Source of the DNA: a virus
Lineage: Duplodnaviria; Caudoviricetes
Length of the DNA stretch: 52,355 nt
Strand: one strand, 5' to 3'
Virus record (IMG/VR): IMGVR_UViG_3300020183_000108
Location: 1 to 52,355 of that record
Positions 15,984-26,027 of this stretch are shown in pieces. The first letter of the stretch is position 1; the number at the start of each line of letters is the position of its first letter. The position numbers and the translations under genes are program-made. The notes under the pieces are model-generated. The model was not told the DNA's origin. It was given only the letters and a program-made list of their open reading frames with translations, and did not search any database.

Positions 15984-18842
15984 TCAGGGTTTCCCACCTT
16001 GGATGACGTTAAGCTGTGCGCTCAGCGCCTTGTTTTCCTCGTTGGTTAGAATACCAATAAGTCGCGGGTGGTTGACGCTGAGGGTCAACACGTATTGCTG
16101 ACCCAGCTTAATATTGGTACCCCGGCCCAGGTAAGCTTTCTCAGATGGCGGGGTGATGTTGATATTCTGCTGGCTCATCTCAGCAATTAGGCTGCGATAG
16201 TCACCGCCCCGCGCCGCCAACCACTTCTTAAAATGCCTCCGGTCAATGGTGATTGCACCGTCATTGAGGGGTGCGCCTGAGTTGGGTCGGTACAGGTCAT
16301 AACGGATGTGCACTTCGCCACGGGGCATACGGTTGGTATCAATAACTTGCTGAGATGGATTGGCCACGTGGGTTACAGTCAGCGCGGTGTGCGACTGATC
16401 ATTGAGGTATTCGGTCAGTAGGTCAAAGGAGTCTGCATGGTTCTCTGCCACGGTCTTGCGTATTGAGGTAAGCTGAGCCAACACGTGGGCAATGCCGTCA
16501 CGGTAATCGAAGCGGATAAGACCAAGTTCTTTAGCCATTTTGCCCATAAGGTCAGCACACAGGATACATTGCTCCCAATACCGCTCCCTGCCGGAAAATT
16601 TCACGCCGTAGTCCTTGGTAAATACACCTCTGTGGTGGTCAAGTGCGGCCTTGATACCTTCTTCGCCAAGCTCAAGCAGGTGGTTGATGATGACCGGCCC
16701 GGCTGTGCCGTAGTGGTCGGTGAGAAAGCTGTATATCTTCTGCCCTGCGTCTGTGTTGCGTGTGAACAGCGGGTGCGGCTGCACCGTCACCTCAAGAAGC
16801 CGGGCCATCTGTGCATCAGTCTCAATACCCGCAGCCGCCAGCATGGAAGCCAGGGATCGATTTGATGAGGTGGTCACCATGGTTGCCCACGTTCTGGCAT
16901 CCCGCTCCTCAGCCGAGCGTGAGAGTCGCGCCTTATCACGACCTTGTGAAATCCAGTATAGGAAGTCACCCACCTCTTTGGGCGGCAGCATGGTGGCCTC
17001 GTCGATGGTGACCGGCAGGTTGTTGTAGAACCCAATCCGCGCGAACATGGCGTTCTGCGTGAACTTGGCTGTATAATGCAGCCTCGTCGGGTCACCCCAC
17101 ACGGACTGCTGCCAGAGCTGCGCCAGGGTCTTGCCCGCCCCTGTCTGACCGTACAGGCTGAGCGTCATGCCCCTGAGACCGGTAAAGGGGAACAGCGGCG
17201 CTGCCATGCTCACGCAAATTGCGAACTTGTGTATCGGCATGTTGGCTTTCTCCACCACGGAGGTGAAGGCGACCCAGTCCTCAAGGGTACCTGATGGCTC
17301 ATACAGCTTATCTGATATGCGCTGTGTACCGAGAGCGATGGTAACAGGCTCAGTCACCACGGAACCACTCGCGTTGCGTTTGTACAACGTATCACCAAGA
17401 AGGAACTCGGTGTTGTCTTGCTTCCATCCCATGCTGGAATACAGGTTGGTGACGGATTTAAGCTGCCGCAGTTCTTCCATGTAAGACCGCAACATCATTT
17501 GAAACAGCTCCGTTTGCTTCTTGGTGGGTAGCACAATACCTTGGTCTGCAATGGTGATAGCAAAGTCCTTGACCGAGAACTCAGCCAGAAGTGATTGTCT
17601 AAAACTCAGGGTTTGCCAACCAACATGTGGGCGGTTCCACCGATACCGCACGGTCTCGTACCCGAGGGACTCATCCCTGCCGTAGCTGACCGGGTAAATG
17701 TCAAACGTGCATACGTCCACATCGGACTTATCCAGGGTGATCCGAAGCCCGCCCCCTTCACGCCATTTGAACGGCCTTGGCGGTGGCAGGCTGAGCGGTT
17801 CCGGTGTGTCTTGGGGTGGCGATGCAGGTGCGTATTCAAGCGCCAGCTTCGTTGGTGTACCAGCTTTCCCAGCAAGTTTGCAGCCCTTGCACCCGCCCGG
17901 GCGTTCCTGCTCGAACCGAGCACAGGTGGTCGGGCCAGTGGTGCTGTTGCGCCACTGATTTATCTTGCGGAGAGTGGTGCTCTCGTCATAGCCTGGGTGG
18001 TTCTGGCTCCACGCCACGGCTGTCTGTTCAGGGTCTGAGCAGTACGCAGCCACACCCATCAGGGCGTACCACAGGGGTTCAGGCACACTGTCTTGGTTCT
18101 GCACAGCCCAGGCGATCTGAGCGCACTTCTCAACCAGTGTGTCGGGGTTGGCCGGTGGATAGTCCTGTTTAACTGCCAGGGCATCCAGCAGGGACGAACG
18201 TGCGGGCTGTGCAGCTACCGCGACAGGCGCAGCCGTGCCCACCAACAACGCCGCCATGGTCTCAACGTCCACAGGCTCGGCATCGATCAGCAGCTTGACC
18301 CCACCGCCACCCTTGGGGTTGACCGTGCCCACAGGGCGCAGCACCCGGGCGCTGTCGGCAGGCACCGCAGGATCGAACAGGGCGCGGCCATCCTCGATGG
18401 GGATAAGGGCTTTCAGCCCTGTGGCCAGCGGCATCCACTCGTCGTGAGTGAGTTCGCGGTCCAGTACCCAGTACACATGCAGCCCGTTGCCGGACGCCAC
18501 GATCATTGGCTTTGGCAGCTTGTTGGTGGCAACGAACTCACCAACCGCGCGTAGCCCTTGCTTCCAACTAGAGAAGGGTTTGTCCGGGCCACAGTCAATG
18601 TCTAGGTACAACGCTTTGAGGCGGTGAACATTTTCTTGCTTGCGCCCCGCCCGACGGTCAGCAAAGGACGCCACTGCGTAATACACATTGTTGCCCGCAC
18701 TGTTTAGCGCCTGAATATTCTGTGCCAGTGCCTCTACATCATCATGAAACCCCTGCCTTGGTCCTTGCCCTTTGTTAAGCGTTATTGAAACAACATAGCC
18801 CTCTGACGGGAGGACCCGCCGAAGAAACTCAAGCGTATCCAT
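15984..18842 (-). CDS. DNA primase-helicase: AEP (RepB-like) primase, PriCT-like/Cys region and DUF927-type helicase
   Basis: LYLDID, SGNGLHVYW and DSARVLR primase motifs, CKGC, Walker A GQTGAGKT and TIDE. Confidence 0.88.
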   Translation of the reverse strand: MDTLEFLRRVLPSEGYVVSITLNKGQGPRQGFHDDVEALAQNIQALNSAGNNVYYAVASFADRRAGRKQENVHRLKALYLDIDCGPDKPFSSWKQGLRAVGEFVATNKLPKPMIVASGNGLHVYWVLDRELTHDEWMPLATGLKALIPIEDGRALFDPAVPADSARVLRPVGTVNPKGGGGVKLLIDAEPVDVETMAALLVGTAAPVAVAAQPARSSLLDALAVKQDYPPANPDTLVEKCAQIAWAVQNQDSVPEPLWYALMGVAAYCSDPEQTAVAWSQNHPGYDESTTLRKINQWRNSTTGPTTCARFEQERPGGCKGCKLAGKAGTPTKLALEYAPASPPQDTPEPLSLPPPRPFKWREGGGLRITLDKSDVDVCTFDIYPVSYGRDESLGYETVRYRWNRPHVGWQTLSFRQSLLAEFSVKDFAITIADQGIVLPTKKQTELFQMMLRSYMEELRQLKSVTNLYSSMGWKQDNTEFLLGDTLYKRNASGSVVTEPVTIALGTQRISDKLYEPSGTLEDWVAFTSVVEKANMPIHKFAICVSMAAPLFPFTGLRGMTLSLYGQTGAGKTLAQLWQQSVWGDPTRLHYTAKFTQNAMFARIGFYNNLPVTIDEATMLPPKEVGDFLYWISQGRDKARLSRSAEERDARTWATMVTTSSNRSLASMLAAAGIETDAQMARLLEVTVQPHPLFTRNTDAGQKIYSFLTDHYGTAGPVIINHLLELGEEGIKAALDHHRGVFTKDYGVKFSGRERYWEQCILCADLMGKMAKELGLIRFDYRDGIAHVLAQLTSIRKTVAENHADSFDLLTEYLNDQSHTALTVTHVANPSQQVIDTNRMPRGEVHIRYDLYRPNSGAPLNDGAITIDRRHFKKWLAARGGDYRSLIAEMSQQNINITPPSEKAYLGRGTNIKLGQQYVLTLSVNHPRLIGILTNEENKALSAQLNVIQGGKP

Positions 18843-18872
18843 GACCTACCCCTACCGCTGTCCTACTGAAAT

Positions 18873-18894
18873 AGGAGGGGGAAAACCCCCTCCT
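18873..18894 (-). terminator. GC-rich hairpin between the HTH gene and primase (possible terminator or attenuator)
   Basis: aggaggggg-aaaa-ccccctcct, with only a weak U tract. Confidence 0.45.
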
Positions 18895-18898
18895 TACT

Positions 18899-19180
18899 CT
18901 ATTGATACTGGCTTACCAGAGCAAGCAACCTATGCTTGCGCATCGGTGCCGTCAGACCGAGGACTTCACGAGATGGCCATCCGTGATCTCGCATAATCGC
19001 CAGTAAAGTGCGCGTTGTTGACAACACCTTATCAGTATTCTTCGACCGGACAGTCTGCCCTCTGACCCAGCCGTAGTACGTCACCCGGGATACGCCGAAC
19101 AACTCAGCCATATCCCGAGTGCTGATAAGCATGTGCTTACGCAGTGCCTCGATCTTGGAAAAATCGAGAGGGTTAGGCAT
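18899..19180 (-). CDS. Cro/XRE-like HTH protein
   Basis: STRDMAELFGVSRVTYYGWVRG. Start chosen at MPNPLDF, overlapping the upstream gene end. Confidence 0.75.
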   Translation of the reverse strand: MPNPLDFSKIEALRKHMLISTRDMAELFGVSRVTYYGWVRGQTVRSKNTDKVLSTTRTLLAIMRDHGWPSREVLGLTAPMRKHRLLALVSQYQ

Positions 19181-20174
19181 CATCCGCTTCCATGCCGCCA
19201 AGCATATCAGCGATCTCATCTGCCAACCCTGCGCTGCTGGCTACCACGGGCGCTGCCTTGGCGACAGGCTTGGGTGCCGCAGGCTTTGCAGCAGGAGCAG
19301 CAGGTGTAGCTGCGGGTTTAGCCGCGCCGAACCCACGCTTGGGTGCCGCAGCAGCCGGGGCCGGGGCTTCCTCCCCAACTTCCTCGTCCTCTGGGGCTGG
19401 TGCAGGAGCGGCGACCTTGCGGAGAGGGGCAGGGCGAGCGGCAGCGGGCGGAGGCGCCACAGCTTTAGCAGGTTGAGCTTCACCGGTGATCTCCTTCACC
19501 TTGTCGGACCCGAACAGGTCATCCACTGCGGTCATGGTATCTTCATCCAAGTACCCGCCGAACCCGAACAGCAGCTTCGGGAAGGACGCATCCGTGTCGA
19601 ACCACACCCGGGTACGTACGATCTCAGGGTTGATGCCCCGCACCGAGAGTTCCTTCTGATAGGCATTCAGCCCCTTGAGCGCAGCCGGTGTGACTTCCAG
19701 CAGGTACACAGGGCCGGTGGCATCATCAGCGGCCACCACGGCAAGGCGCTTCTTATCGGCGCAAGCCTTCACTTGCTGGCCGTTAGGCGTCACCTTGGAA
19801 CCCCATGCGTTGTGCGGGCAGTTGGCGCATAGGTCGTTCTGCGGGCTGGTTGCCTCCGGATGGGGGCCAACACCATCAAGCGAGTAGCAGTCAGGCGCCT
19901 GCGGCTCACTGTCTTTGTTCCATTCCTTGGCATACCAAGTCTTGGACAGGCGGGGGTTAGCACCGACGATCACCACGTCGAGTTGGGTCTCTTTCAACAC
20001 CGTCTCAGTGCCGTCCTCGACGATACGGAAACGCGACCCCTTGATGGAGATGCGAGAGTAATCACCAGAGGTGGAGATACCACCGGCCAGGGCTTGCGCC
20101 AGGGCAGAGGGCTGACCCAGACGCGCCACAAGGTGCGCCGGGATTTTTACGTTAGCAGGAATAAGATTGCTCAT
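19173..20174 (-). CDS. Putative single-stranded DNA-binding protein with Cys cluster
   Basis: RISIKGSRF, PDCYS...CANCPHN...KAC, Pro/Ala linker and acidic C-terminal tail. Lies in the replication module. Confidence 0.6.
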   Translation of the reverse strand: MSNLIPANVKIPAHLVARLGQPSALAQALAGGISTSGDYSRISIKGSRFRIVEDGTETVLKETQLDVVIVGANPRLSKTWYAKEWNKDSEPQAPDCYSLDGVGPHPEATSPQNDLCANCPHNAWGSKVTPNGQQVKACADKKRLAVVAADDATGPVYLLEVTPAALKGLNAYQKELSVRGINPEIVRTRVWFDTDASFPKLLFGFGGYLDEDTMTAVDDLFGSDKVKEITGEAQPAKAVAPPPAAARPAPLRKVAAPAPAPEDEEVGEEAPAPAAAAPKRGFGAAKPAATPAAPAAKPAAPKPVAKAAPVVASSAGLADEIADMLGGMEADDA

Positions 20175-20186
20175 GGGTTTCTCCTG

Positions 20187-20534
20187 TTATGAGCGTGGAT
20201 ATTGAAGTTGTTGAACGACTTTAGCCGTGCCGCCGCTGAGAGCACCACTGGCGCCAATAGTCACGCTAGGTGGAATACCCATCGCGGCTCGCGCTTGAAG
20301 CGTGACGATCTGATCACCGATCTCACCGACTTCTTTGCAGTACACCATTGTGTTCTGATGAGTATGGTAATCGCTGTGGGAAATGACGAACCCGTTTGAG
20401 ATGCGAAACACCGACACGACCGGCTGGCCATTGTGCAGTGAGTTGCTCAAGTAGTTTGGTCTATCCGGTGCCGGTGGTCCGTGCACCTCCTTTTCTGCGT
20501 TACGCATCATGCGTAACAGCCACTTACCTATCAT
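20187..20534 (-). CDS. Hypothetical protein
   Basis: 115 aa ORF, translationally coupled. Confidence 0.6.
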   Translation of the reverse strand: MIGKWLLRMMRNAEKEVHGPPAPDRPNYLSNSLHNGQPVVSVFRISNGFVISHSDYHTHQNTMVYCKEVGEIGDQIVTLQARAAMGIPPSVTIGASGALSGGTAKVVQQLQYPRS

Positions 20535-20947
20535 CAGTCATCTCCCCTTGCTGTTGGTTTACGCACATTCACTTCCAACTTGGTGCCGTAGTTCACGCCC
20601 GATGGAACTCCGCCACGGGCTTCGATGTAACCACGCACCGCAGTCTTGCTGACACGGCGCTCAAGAAGATCGAACGCCCCGTTCTCCTTGATGTATGCAA
20701 GCACAGCATCCCAGTCAGCCACATTGGCAAAGTCCGTGGTGGTCACGAACGCGGTGCCGTGCTTGGTCTTGAAGGATGTGACCCCCTGCGCATTGGCTTG
20801 TTCGAGAAGCCACGCTTCGATCTTGGCCATCTTGACCTTGACCGCGCTAACCTTCTCATCAGCTTCACGCTCGATGGTCTGCTTCTGCTGTCGCAAGGCA
20901 ATGTAGCCAGCGACAACCTTATCAACTGTAAGCTCTGTCATGTTCAC
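20534..20947 (-). CDS. Conserved coiled-coil replication-module protein (Gam/Gp157-like)
   Basis: Coiled coil, then SFKTKHGT, VADWDA and LLERRVSK. Confidence 0.6.
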   Translation of the reverse strand: MNMTELTVDKVVAGYIALRQQKQTIEREADEKVSAVKVKMAKIEAWLLEQANAQGVTSFKTKHGTAFVTTTDFANVADWDAVLAYIKENGAFDLLERRVSKTAVRGYIEARGGVPSGVNYGTKLEVNVRKPTARGDD

Positions 20948-22494
20948 CTCGTTTGTTGTATCAACTCAAGCAGCAAACCTTGTAGCCGCTGCTTCCCCTT
21001 GAGCCGTTCGTACATCTTATGTTCAAGCTCTGTGGCTTCTATGTGGATGACGTTCGACACATTCCTCTTACCAATACGCTCAATTCGTCCGTTGGCTTGA
21101 ACGTATTGCTCGTTGCTCGTCACTGGTCCGTACCAGATCACAGTACTGGCAGCGGTGAGTGTCAAGCCATGAGCCATTGTCGCAGGATGCGCGATCAACA
21201 CGTGCGGATCACGCGCATCTTGGAAGTTCTTAAAGATAGTTGAACGCTCAGACGAACTGACTGCGCCATTGACCACAGCAACCGACCAATTCTTACTAAG
21301 TTCACGCTCAAGCATGTGCAGTGTGCCGGTCAGTGGGACAAAGATGATAACCTTCTGTCCTGCTTCTTCAATGATCTCATTCACAGCGTTGACACGCGGT
21401 GAGCAGTCAAGCTCTACATTGTTGCCGTCCTCATCATAAGCCACACCGCAGGCGATCTGAACCAGCTTCTGAACCTTAACCGCTTCGTTGACCGCAGTGA
21501 TGGTGCTCCCCTCCGCTTCCACTTCCGTGATGAGGTGGCGCATCATGGTGGTGTAGTGCTTCACCTGATCGGGTGTCAGCTCCACCTGCCTTGTCTGCAC
21601 GATGGTGTCAGGAAGATCGAAACATTCGTCACGAGTGAAGCGCACCGCAGGGTGCAGGATTTGGTACACTGTACCCACGCTGCCGGGCCGTGGTAACCAA
21701 CGATGTTGGCCCTGTTTGTACATCACCTGATCACGGAACGCCGTGAAGGTCTGTGTGCAGAACGGACTGTCAGCCAGTTTGGCCAAGGCCCACGCATCGG
21801 TCGGCTCGTTGGGTGTTGGTGTGCCGGTCATCAGCCACAGGTGTGTGTCCGGGTTCTTCTCCATCCACTTGCGAAACACCTTAAACCGCGTCGTGCCGGG
21901 GGTACGTAGCACCGCAGCCTCATCCACGATGACCAGATCAAACATCCCCACGGACTCCTCAGATATGATTAAGAAGCCGTCGTGGTTGATGATAAAGAAA
22001 TCAGCGTCGGTTTTCAGCAACTTCTTCCTGCGTTCAGCCGTGCCGTGCAACACCACGCCCTTGCGGTCAGGGAAGCCCATGAAGATGGCGTCACCCCACA
22101 CCCGCTCAAGAGTGGATAACGGAGATATGATCAACACCTTACCGATGTTGCCTGTACGCATGAGGTAGTCAGCCGCCCACAGGGCGCTCTGGGTTTTGCC
22201 AGTGCCGATCTCGTTAAGCACCAGGGCCTTCTTGTGGTAGGTCAGGAAGGCAGCAGTCTTGCGCTGGTGCTCGTACGGCTGAAACCGCCCGGGCCACTCA
22301 TAGTAATGCTCAATGGGTGACGGCGCCTCAATACCCAGCTTCCGCAGGATGGCCACCTCTGATACCTTGTGCGGTACGACCACCACATCTTGACCCTGCA
22401 TGTGCACGGTCTGTGCGGTTGGTATGGTTTCCAGTACCCGGGCAGGATGGTTTAGCTTGAGGATGAGCGCCTTGGCTTTCTCAAGCACCAGCAT
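20944..22494 (-). CDS. SNF2-family (SF2) helicase
   Basis: EIGTGKT, IVDEAA, MTGTP, HGLTLT and QANGRIERIG motifs. Confidence 0.92.
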   Translation of the reverse strand: MLVLEKAKALILKLNHPARVLETIPTAQTVHMQGQDVVVVPHKVSEVAILRKLGIEAPSPIEHYYEWPGRFQPYEHQRKTAAFLTYHKKALVLNEIGTGKTQSALWAADYLMRTGNIGKVLIISPLSTLERVWGDAIFMGFPDRKGVVLHGTAERRKKLLKTDADFFIINHDGFLIISEESVGMFDLVIVDEAAVLRTPGTTRFKVFRKWMEKNPDTHLWLMTGTPTPNEPTDAWALAKLADSPFCTQTFTAFRDQVMYKQGQHRWLPRPGSVGTVYQILHPAVRFTRDECFDLPDTIVQTRQVELTPDQVKHYTTMMRHLITEVEAEGSTITAVNEAVKVQKLVQIACGVAYDEDGNNVELDCSPRVNAVNEIIEEAGQKVIIFVPLTGTLHMLERELSKNWSVAVVNGAVSSSERSTIFKNFQDARDPHVLIAHPATMAHGLTLTAASTVIWYGPVTSNEQYVQANGRIERIGKRNVSNVIHIEATELEHKMYERLKGKQRLQGLLLELIQQTR

Positions 22495-22790
22495 CAGTCA
22501 AGCCCTTGAATGTAATCCCTTGCAGCGGCCAGTGTGGCATCATCATAGACGACAAAGCACTTGCCGCCCGCCCGTTCGATCTTAGCCATACAGTCAACCT
22601 GTAGCTTGGTCGGTTTGTTCTTTGCATCTGCCTTTACCTCTATCCCGATGAAGTACCCATTCATGCATACGATCCGATCAGGGATGCCTGCCCTGCCGAA
22701 CGGCCCCGCTTGAGGGCTGAAGAACCAAACACCTAGTTGGCTCAACATCTTGTCAACTTTAGCCTTAACTTTACTCTCAGGTGTGGCCAT
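22494..22790 (-). CDS. VRR-NUC domain nuclease (resolvase-like)
   Basis: PESKVK, GIPDRI, IEVKA and PTKLQ. Confidence 0.9.
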   Translation of the reverse strand: MATPESKVKAKVDKMLSQLGVWFFSPQAGPFGRAGIPDRIVCMNGYFIGIEVKADAKNKPTKLQVDCMAKIERAGGKCFVVYDDATLAAARDYIQGLD

Positions 22791-22802
22791 TTTCTACTCC
22801 TA

Positions 22803-22820
22803 CTTTACACCGGTGTCAAG
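22803..22820. promoter_or_regulatory. Imperfect palindrome containing TTGACA (- strand) and GTGTAAAG; possible operator or internal promoter
   Basis: CTTTACACCGGTGTCAAG, in a short intergenic gap of the replication cluster. Confidence 0.4.
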
Positions 22821-22821
22821 T

Positions 22822-23478
22822 TCACTTCGCGTATTCGCAGAAATCTTTACACGGGCAATACCGGCACAGACCGCTCGGCTTGGCTGGCCAGTTCTCATTC
22901 TCCATGGAGATTTCAATGCGCCGGATACGGTCGAGTAGCCGTTCCCAATACGCCGAAACGTCCCGCTTGCGGTAAACTTCTTTGTCAGTGCTCATATCCT
23001 GAGTCCAGACAAAGGTGCTGGTTACTAGCTCAACCTCCGGGTGGTGTGCGAACACTTGCAACGCGAACAATTCAAGCTGTGTAAAGTCTGGCCTGCGTTT
23101 GCCAGTCTTCCAGTCCATCACCACAGCACTGTGTTTCTTTACAATCAGCACGTCAAGTTTCGATCTGATCCAGGCGTCAGGGTCCCACCAGCCTGTCGGC
23201 TTGAGGTCCGGATTAAGGGTCATCTCTTGCTCAACATGCAGGCTCCCGGTGCCGATCATGGCTTGGATCACACTGACCACCGGTTCAAGACTAACGATCT
23301 CGGCTGGCAGGTCTGCCACCCCCTTCAACCGTTCTTCCAAGAACTTGTGGATACGCTCACCATGCAGGCTCGCCTCGCCCCCCTGGTCTTTGACCGTCTT
23401 TGCGATACGTTGGTGGTAGTACCGAAGGGGGCAGTTCTCATACATTTTGATGGATGAGAACGAATGGCTGAGCTGCAT
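22822..23478 (-). CDS. PD-(D/E)XK exonuclease, RecB/Cas4-like
   Basis: SFSSIKMYENCP, G..IH, KLDVL, DWKTGK, QLELFA and C-terminal CRYCPCKDFC. Start set at MQLSHS. Confidence 0.88.
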   Translation of the reverse strand: MQLSHSFSSIKMYENCPLRYYHQRIAKTVKDQGGEASLHGERIHKFLEERLKGVADLPAEIVSLEPVVSVIQAMIGTGSLHVEQEMTLNPDLKPTGWWDPDAWIRSKLDVLIVKKHSAVVMDWKTGKRRPDFTQLELFALQVFAHHPEVELVTSTFVWTQDMSTDKEVYRKRDVSAYWERLLDRIRRIEISMENENWPAKPSGLCRYCPCKDFCEYAK

Positions 23479-23927
23479 TATGTTTCCTCGGGTTCCGATA
23501 CCATGGGTATAACACACACCCCGGCTTCAAGAAACATCTGCTTGGCAACCTCGAACTCCTCGGCTGGCATGTTGGTCTGCCCTGCCCCTGTGTACACCAC
23601 CTGTATGCCAGCCTGGATGAGGGTGCGCGCACAGCGGGCACAGGGCTGGTGGGTGACGTAGGCATACCCACCACGTAGGGAAGCACCCACCCTGGCAGCT
23701 TGGGCCACAGCGTTCTCCTCAGCATGGGCAGTCCACAGGTACTTAGCCGGTCGCTCCATGCGTTCAGCCAGATCACGCACTCCGATAGGGATACCGTTGT
23801 ACCCACTGGCCACAACCACTTTGTCATAGGATGTGACGATGCAGCCCACCTTAGTGCTCAGGTCCTTTGACCGTGACGCCACCATGTCGGCCATGTCCAT
23901 AAAATACTTCTGCCATGACTTGCTCAT
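23478..23927 (-). CDS. dCMP deaminase
   Basis: RSKD, GYNG, HAEENA and PCARC Zn motifs. Confidence 0.93.
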   Translation of the reverse strand: MSKSWQKYFMDMADMVASRSKDLSTKVGCIVTSYDKVVVASGYNGIPIGVRDLAERMERPAKYLWTAHAEENAVAQAARVGASLRGGYAYVTHQPCARCARTLIQAGIQVVYTGAGQTNMPAEEFEVAKQMFLEAGVCVIPMVSEPEET

Positions 23928-25813
23928 TTGCATTCTCCATAGTTGGGACCGTGGTCTGCTTCACATGCTACGGGTAGGTCCGGTGCCCATGACGGCGGTG
24001 TTGACATGACTTCGATCATGTATGCCTTGGCTTCCTCAACCTCAGCTTCATCGCACAGGATCACCACTTCATCGTGCACTTGCAACACGACTTTGTACCG
24101 CCTCCCGATGATAGCCATCTGCTCAGCCACGACAATGCGAGCCAGTGCCTGCACGATATTCTCAACAACCTTGCCCCCGTATATGCGAGTGAACTTATCG
24201 TACGGCATATCTGACCCGGTGACCCTGGCCTTGACCGCTTCCCGATACACACGTGCATCACCAGCATAGACGTAACCGTTCTGGTACTGGGTCAATAGCG
24301 GGTAGCGAATGAACAGTCCGTTGGGCAGCGCGATGCCCTCCTTGGATGTGACCAGTGTGGGCAGCGCATCGGATAGGGCAAACTCATCACCCTCAATGAT
24401 CTTACTCAGCGCCACGTTACAGCGGTTCCACAACGCACCGATTTTGTGGTTCTTATCCCGATACAACATCACGATACGCGTAGCTTCACCCATATCGAGT
24501 TCAACCTTGATACCACCCATACCAAGGGCAAGCGCGTCACGAAACTTCGTTGCGCCCATGCCATAACCGAGGCCGAGGATGCAGGTCTTACCTACGAAGC
24601 GGTCGAGTTTGTCTGCTTTGGTCACCTTGCGGCCATACACTTCACTGGCAAACTCAGAGTAGATGTCACGACCTTCTGCGAAGGCTTGTACCAGATTGGC
24701 CTGACCCGCCACCCATGCCAGTACACGAGCTTCGATCTGTGCTGAGTCACATGCCACCAGCATCTTACCAGCAGGTGCACATATGGAGCGCCGCAGCGCA
24801 CCGCCACGTGGCAGGTTCTGCAAATTCATCTTATCACCACCGCTGAACCGACCTGTGTGCGCGCCGTAGTAGTTAAGCAGGATGGGCAATGTGCCGCGCT
24901 CAGACACACCGAGCAGCGACCGGGTGCGGCTCTCCTCAATGGTTGACTTCACCCCAAGCCGTGCGGCCACGGCATCAGCGACGAAAGAGTTGTCGTGCTC
25001 AAGCAGGCTGGTGAACGGTTTGTCTGTCTTGCTGAAAGCCCATGCCCTCTTACCCGTTGTGACACTAGTCTTGGTAGGTGGGTCGACGCCAAGTAGTGTT
25101 ATGTATGCCGCGAACTTCTCATTGGACATGAGCGTATCACGCGCTGCCTGTGGGTCGATGAACGCAGCAGCGTTACCCAGTGTGTTGAGTAGGTCTTCCT
25201 TACGCAGCACTTCATTCTCAAGGTGTTCGGTCAACACGTCACGGTTAAGGGTGAGCATCGGCTCCGTGTACATACGCAATGTCTGGTCAATGATCATCAG
25301 CTCACTGACCGGGAACCCTCGTGCCATCTTTCGGAACAGCTTGTAGGTAAGCTCCACATCATTGCAGCAATACGATGCGTACCGTTCCGTCTCATAGGGA
25401 GTGAAGTCAGCGCGGCGCTTACCCAGTGCGTTCAGCACTTCGTCACCCTTCTCACCTAGGCGGTAGTGTGCTGCCAACATCTTGAGAGAACCGCCAACCA
25501 TGATGTTGTGCAGGGGGCGAGCCATCGACAGAGTATCCAACCATAGCTTCGGCTTGATGCCGAAGTGCCATGAGAGAATAGCCCCATCAAACACGGTGTT
25601 GTGCGCAAGGATGGCTTTATCGCGGTAATCAAGTGACTTGAGGAACCTACCCGGATCAGTGCCAGTGTACCAATCCGTAGGATGACCGTTGACCTTAACA
25701 GCCACGCCGATCACCTCGAACCGGGGGTCACGCACATAGGCTTCGGTCGTCATCTTGGATAGGCTGTAGTCCCGGTCGTAGTAAGTTTCAAAATCAATCG
25801 TTACTACATCCAT
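23924..25813 (-). CDS. polA: Family A DNA polymerase with 3'-5' exonuclease, Leu762 type
   Basis: DFETY (Exo I), TGRFSG, NLQN, DSAQIEAR (motif A), RFVGKTCILGLGYG (motif B) and QVHDE (motif C). Confidence 0.95.
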   Translation of the reverse strand: MDVVTIDFETYYDRDYSLSKMTTEAYVRDPRFEVIGVAVKVNGHPTDWYTGTDPGRFLKSLDYRDKAILAHNTVFDGAILSWHFGIKPKLWLDTLSMARPLHNIMVGGSLKMLAAHYRLGEKGDEVLNALGKRRADFTPYETERYASYCCNDVELTYKLFRKMARGFPVSELMIIDQTLRMYTEPMLTLNRDVLTEHLENEVLRKEDLLNTLGNAAAFIDPQAARDTLMSNEKFAAYITLLGVDPPTKTSVTTGKRAWAFSKTDKPFTSLLEHDNSFVADAVAARLGVKSTIEESRTRSLLGVSERGTLPILLNYYGAHTGRFSGGDKMNLQNLPRGGALRRSICAPAGKMLVACDSAQIEARVLAWVAGQANLVQAFAEGRDIYSEFASEVYGRKVTKADKLDRFVGKTCILGLGYGMGATKFRDALALGMGGIKVELDMGEATRIVMLYRDKNHKIGALWNRCNVALSKIIEGDEFALSDALPTLVTSKEGIALPNGLFIRYPLLTQYQNGYVYAGDARVYREAVKARVTGSDMPYDKFTRIYGGKVVENIVQALARIVVAEQMAIIGRRYKVVLQVHDEVVILCDEAEVEEAKAYMIEVMSTPPSWAPDLPVACEADHGPNYGECK

Positions 25814-26027
25814 CTTTCCCTCCTTCCAGCGCGGCGCCTCCTATTACGCACGGTCCTACATACTCAACATTGTAGCCAGCCATTTCTTGAGGTGAAGTTC
25901 TAGGATAGTCACCCCACCCAATGTCCGGCGTCCACCGCAGAATGTACAAACCCTTGGCGCCTTTGAGCCAATGAAAAGCCGAAACATTAGGGTTAAGAGG
26001 ATAACCGTCTTTGTCAGGCCAGTTCAT
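25794..26027 (-). CDS. Hypothetical Trp-rich protein
   Basis: 77 aa with GGAG SD, coupled to the upstream ORF. Confidence 0.55.
   Translation of the reverse strand: MNWPDKDGYPLNPNVSAFHWLKGAKGLYILRWTPDIGWGDYPRTSPQEMAGYNVEYVGPCVIGGAALEGGKDGCSND

Noticed and set aside
22822-23478. Cas4-like nuclease as evidence of CRISPR-Cas
   Set aside because: No array or other cas genes seen. It is a normal phage replication-module exonuclease.
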